Source: Haliotis rubra
Taxonomy: Eukaryota
Direction: 5' to 3'
NCBI RefSeq assembly: GCF_003918875.1
Contig: NW_025767575.1
Coordinates: 248,001-312,000, forward strand
Length of the DNA stretch: 64,000 nucleotides
The position numbers and the translations under genes were made by a program. Position 1 is the first letter of the stretch. The number at the start of each line of letters is the position of its first letter. Of this stretch, positions 60,640 through 64,000 are shown in pieces. Below the pieces are notes generated by a model that saw nothing but the letters and a program-made list of their open reading frames with translations, did not search any database and was not told the origin of the DNA.

Positions 60640-63612
60640 GCTGCCGTGGTATACGAGAACATGAACTGCCGTGGTATACGAGAACATGAACTGCCGTTGT
60701 AAATGAGAACATGAACTACCGTGGTATACGAGAACATGAACTGCCGTGGTATACGAGAACATGAACTGCCGTGGTATACGAGAACATGACCTATCGTGGT
60801 ATATGAGAACATGAACTGCCGTGGTATATGGGAACATGAACTGCGGTGGTATATGGGAACATGAACTGCCGTTGTAAATGAGGAACATGAACTACCGTGG
60901 TTTACGAGAACATGAACTGCCGTGGTATACGAGAACATGAACTGCCGTGGTATACATATGAGAACATGAACTGCCGTGGTATACAAGAACATGAACTGCC
61001 GTGGTATACGAGAACATGAACTGCCGTGGTATACGAGAACATGAACTGCCGTGGTATACGAGAACATGAACTGCCGTTGTAAATGAGAACATGAACTACC
61101 GTGGTATACGAGAACATGAACTGCCGTGGTATACGAGAACATGAACTGCCGTGGTATACGAGAACATGAACTGCCGTGGTATACAAGAACATGAACTGCC
61201 TTGGTATACGAGAACATGAACTGCCGCGGTATACGAGAACATGAACTGCCGTGGTTTATGGGAACATGAACTGCCGTGGTATATGCGAGTGAGTGAGTTA
61301 AAATTTAAAGTCACATTGGCAATATTTCAGCCATATAGTGACTAAAACTAGTTCTAAATTCATAATACATACAGATAATATATAAAACCCTGTCAACGAA
61401 GGACAGTAAAACCACTAGATTATCACAAAATGTGTTAAAACTAGCTAGCATATATCTTTAAAAGTAGAAAACTATTTTTGGACAATACAATGTAAAAATG
61501 GGATATATATCGCCAGCAACTGAAGGCTGATCACCATGCTAGGGACCATAGGGACTTACAGTACTTTGGCTACCTACATGGACCCTAGCTGGATTTACAC
61601 CATGCCTTCAGCCACTGGTGATTGTAGTGAACTTTAGCCATTATTTAAAACAACAATTATTCCACGATTAAAATATTTTTGTAGGTCCAAATTGACTTGG
61701 AAAATTGTGGGACTTACGTACCCTCTCAGGAGGACTGGTATATGCGAACATGAACTGCCGTGGTATATGAGAACATGAACTGCCGTGGTATATGTGAACA
61801 TGACCTACCGTGGTATATGAAAACATAACCTACGCTGGTATATGAGGACATGAACTGCCGTGGTATATGAGAACATGAACTGTCGTGGCATATGGGAACA
61901 TGAACTGCTGTGATATATGAGAACATGAACTGCCGTGGTATATGAGAACATGACCTACCGTGGTATAGGAGAACATGAACTGCCGTGGTATATGAGAACA
62001 TGAACTGCCGTGGTATATGAGAACATGAACTGCCGTGGTATATGGGAACATGACCTGCCGTGGTATATGAGAACATGACCTACCGTGGTATATGAGAACA
62101 TGAACTGCCGTGGTATATGAGAACATGACCTACCGTGGTATATGAGAACATGAACTGATGTGGTATATTAGAACATGAACTGCCGTTGTATATGAGAACA
62201 TGAAGTGCCGTGATATATGAAAACATGAACTGCCGTAGTATATGGGAAAATGAACTGCCGTAGTATATGGGAAAATGAACTGCCGTGTTATATGCGAACA
62301 TGAACCGCCGTTGTATATGAGTACATGAACTACCGTGGTATATGAGAACATGGACTGCCGTGGTATATGTGAACATGGACTGCCGTGGTATATGTGAACA
62401 TGAACTGCCGTGGTATATGTGAACATGAACTGCCGTGGTATATGTGAACATGAAATGCCGTGGTATATGAGAACATGGACTGCCGTGGTATATGTGAACA
62501 TGAACTGCCGTGGTATATGTGAACATGAAATGCCGTGGTATATGTGAACATGAACTGCCGTGGTATATGTGAACATGAACTGCCGTGGTATATGAGAACA
62601 TGAACTGATGTGGTATATTAGAACATGAACTGCCGTAGTATATGGGAAAATGAACTGCCGTAGTATATGGGAAAATGAATTGCCGTCTTATATGCGAACT
62701 TGAACTGCCGTTGTATATGAGAACATGAACTGCCGTGGTATATGAGATCATGAACTGCCGTGGTATATGTGAACATGAACTGCCGTGGTATATGGAAACA
62801 TGACATGCCGTGGTATACGAGAACATGAACTGCCTCGGTATACGAGAACATGAACTGCCGTGGTGTATGGGAACATGACCTACCGTGGTATATGAGAACA
62901 TGAACTGATGTGGTATATGAGAACATGAACTGCTGTGGTATATGCGAACATGAACTGCCGTGGTACATGGGAACATGAACTGCCGTGGTATATGAGAACA
63001 TGAACTGCCGTGGTATATGAGAACATGAACTGCCGTGGTATATGCGAACATGAACTGCCGTGGTATATGGGAACATGAACTGCCGTGGTATATGGGAATA
63101 TGAACTGCCGTGGTATATGAGAACATGAACTGCCGTAGTATATGGGAACATGAACTGCCGTAGTATATGAGAACATGAACTGCCGTGGTATATGCGAACA
63201 TGAACTGCCGTTGTATATGAGTACATGAACTGCCGTGGTATATGCGAACATGAACCTGCCGTGGAACATGAACTGCCGTGGTATATGAGTACATAAACTG
63301 CCGTGGTATATGCGAACACGAGCTACCATGGTATATGGGAACATGAACTGCCGTTGTATATGAAAACATGACGTGCCGTGGCATATGAGAACACGAACTG
63401 TCGTGGTATACGAGAACATGAACTGCCGTTGTATATGGGAACACGACTTACCGCGGTATATGAGAACATGAACTGATGTGGTATATGGGAACATGAACTG
63501 CTGTTGTATACGAGAACATGACCTACCGTGGTATACGAGAACATGAACTGCCGTGGTATATGGGAACATGAACTGCCGTGGTATATGTGAACATGAACAG
63601 CCGTGGTATATA
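60640..63612. repeat. Minisatellite, 25-bp unit, ~100 copies, interrupted at 61289-61735
   Basis: GAGAACATGAACTGCCGTGGTATAY repeated. Confidence 0.97.
61289..61735 (-). mobile_element. Retroposon 3'-end (probable LINE 3' UTR) inserted into the minisatellite
   Basis: (ACTC)n tail; flanked by TGGTATATGCGA on both sides; homologous to 26170-26330. Confidence 0.75.
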
Positions 63613-64000
63613 CTCTCTATAAATATAAATCAACAATGATCTGGAAATTCTGTATCGTAAATATATCAAATGGAATCGAAATTTGAATATATTTGAATGT
63701 TTTCATCATGTGAAATTCCCCAAATTTACTTGATGCTATGAGCATAGGCCAGTCACCACCTTATGGTGCAGGCACTGTGAGTTTAACTACATCAGTAAAG
63801 TGCTATTATGAATCTATGATGATCTGATTAATAAGTAATTAAATGGCAGGTATTGTCCGGTTATGGCAGGTATTGTCCGGTTACGACCGTATTGTTTTCA
63901 GGTTGTATAACGGGACTACTACTCTGTGGCGGTAGGCAACAAACCTCACTATTAGATGGTGAGAGTGGAGGTTTCACTTTTAACGAAACACCTAGCGCCA

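Noticed and set aside
60514-63569. Repetitive ORFs and a CRISPR-like look
   Set aside because: Head-to-tail 25-bp units with no unique spacers and no cas genes, in a eukaryotic context.

Overview
Repeat-rich eukaryotic genomic DNA, probably from a gastropod mollusc (abalone-like SINE families; this is an inference), with one 132-nt assembly gap. The only convincing host gene is a single-exon, signal-peptide LRR protein with a probable GPI anchor (15788-16840). The rest is mobile DNA and tandem repeats: a near full-length RTE/RTEX-like LINE with a 2A-like peptide and an unusually long (~375 bp) flanking direct repeat, a 7-copy ~695-bp macrosatellite, L2, R4/Dong, Penelope and Tc1 remnants, SINEs, MITEs and many minisatellites. 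The main find is a 7.7-kb Polinton/Maverick-derived element (46031-53740) with AGTAGT...ACTACT termini, a 6-bp TSD (TATGTT), ~400-bp TIRs and a decayed protein-primed PolB. I see no integrase, capsid, ATPase or protease in it, but it keeps small accessory genes: a CARD-only protein, a multi-CCHC zinc-knuckle protein and a protein with an H1-like Lys-rich region. Each TIR carries, at its inner edge, a replication-dependent histone-mRNA 3' stem-loop (GGCYCTTTTCAGGGCC-ACCCA) followed by a purine-rich HDE-like motif, just after the stop codon of an outward-pointing terminal gene. The internal genes share a TGACGTCA+TATA promoter module, and an E2F-type site lies in the divergent PolB/zinc-knuckle promoter. 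This suggests an element that co-opts host histone SLBP/U7 3'-end processing and S-phase regulation (hypothesis, untested).
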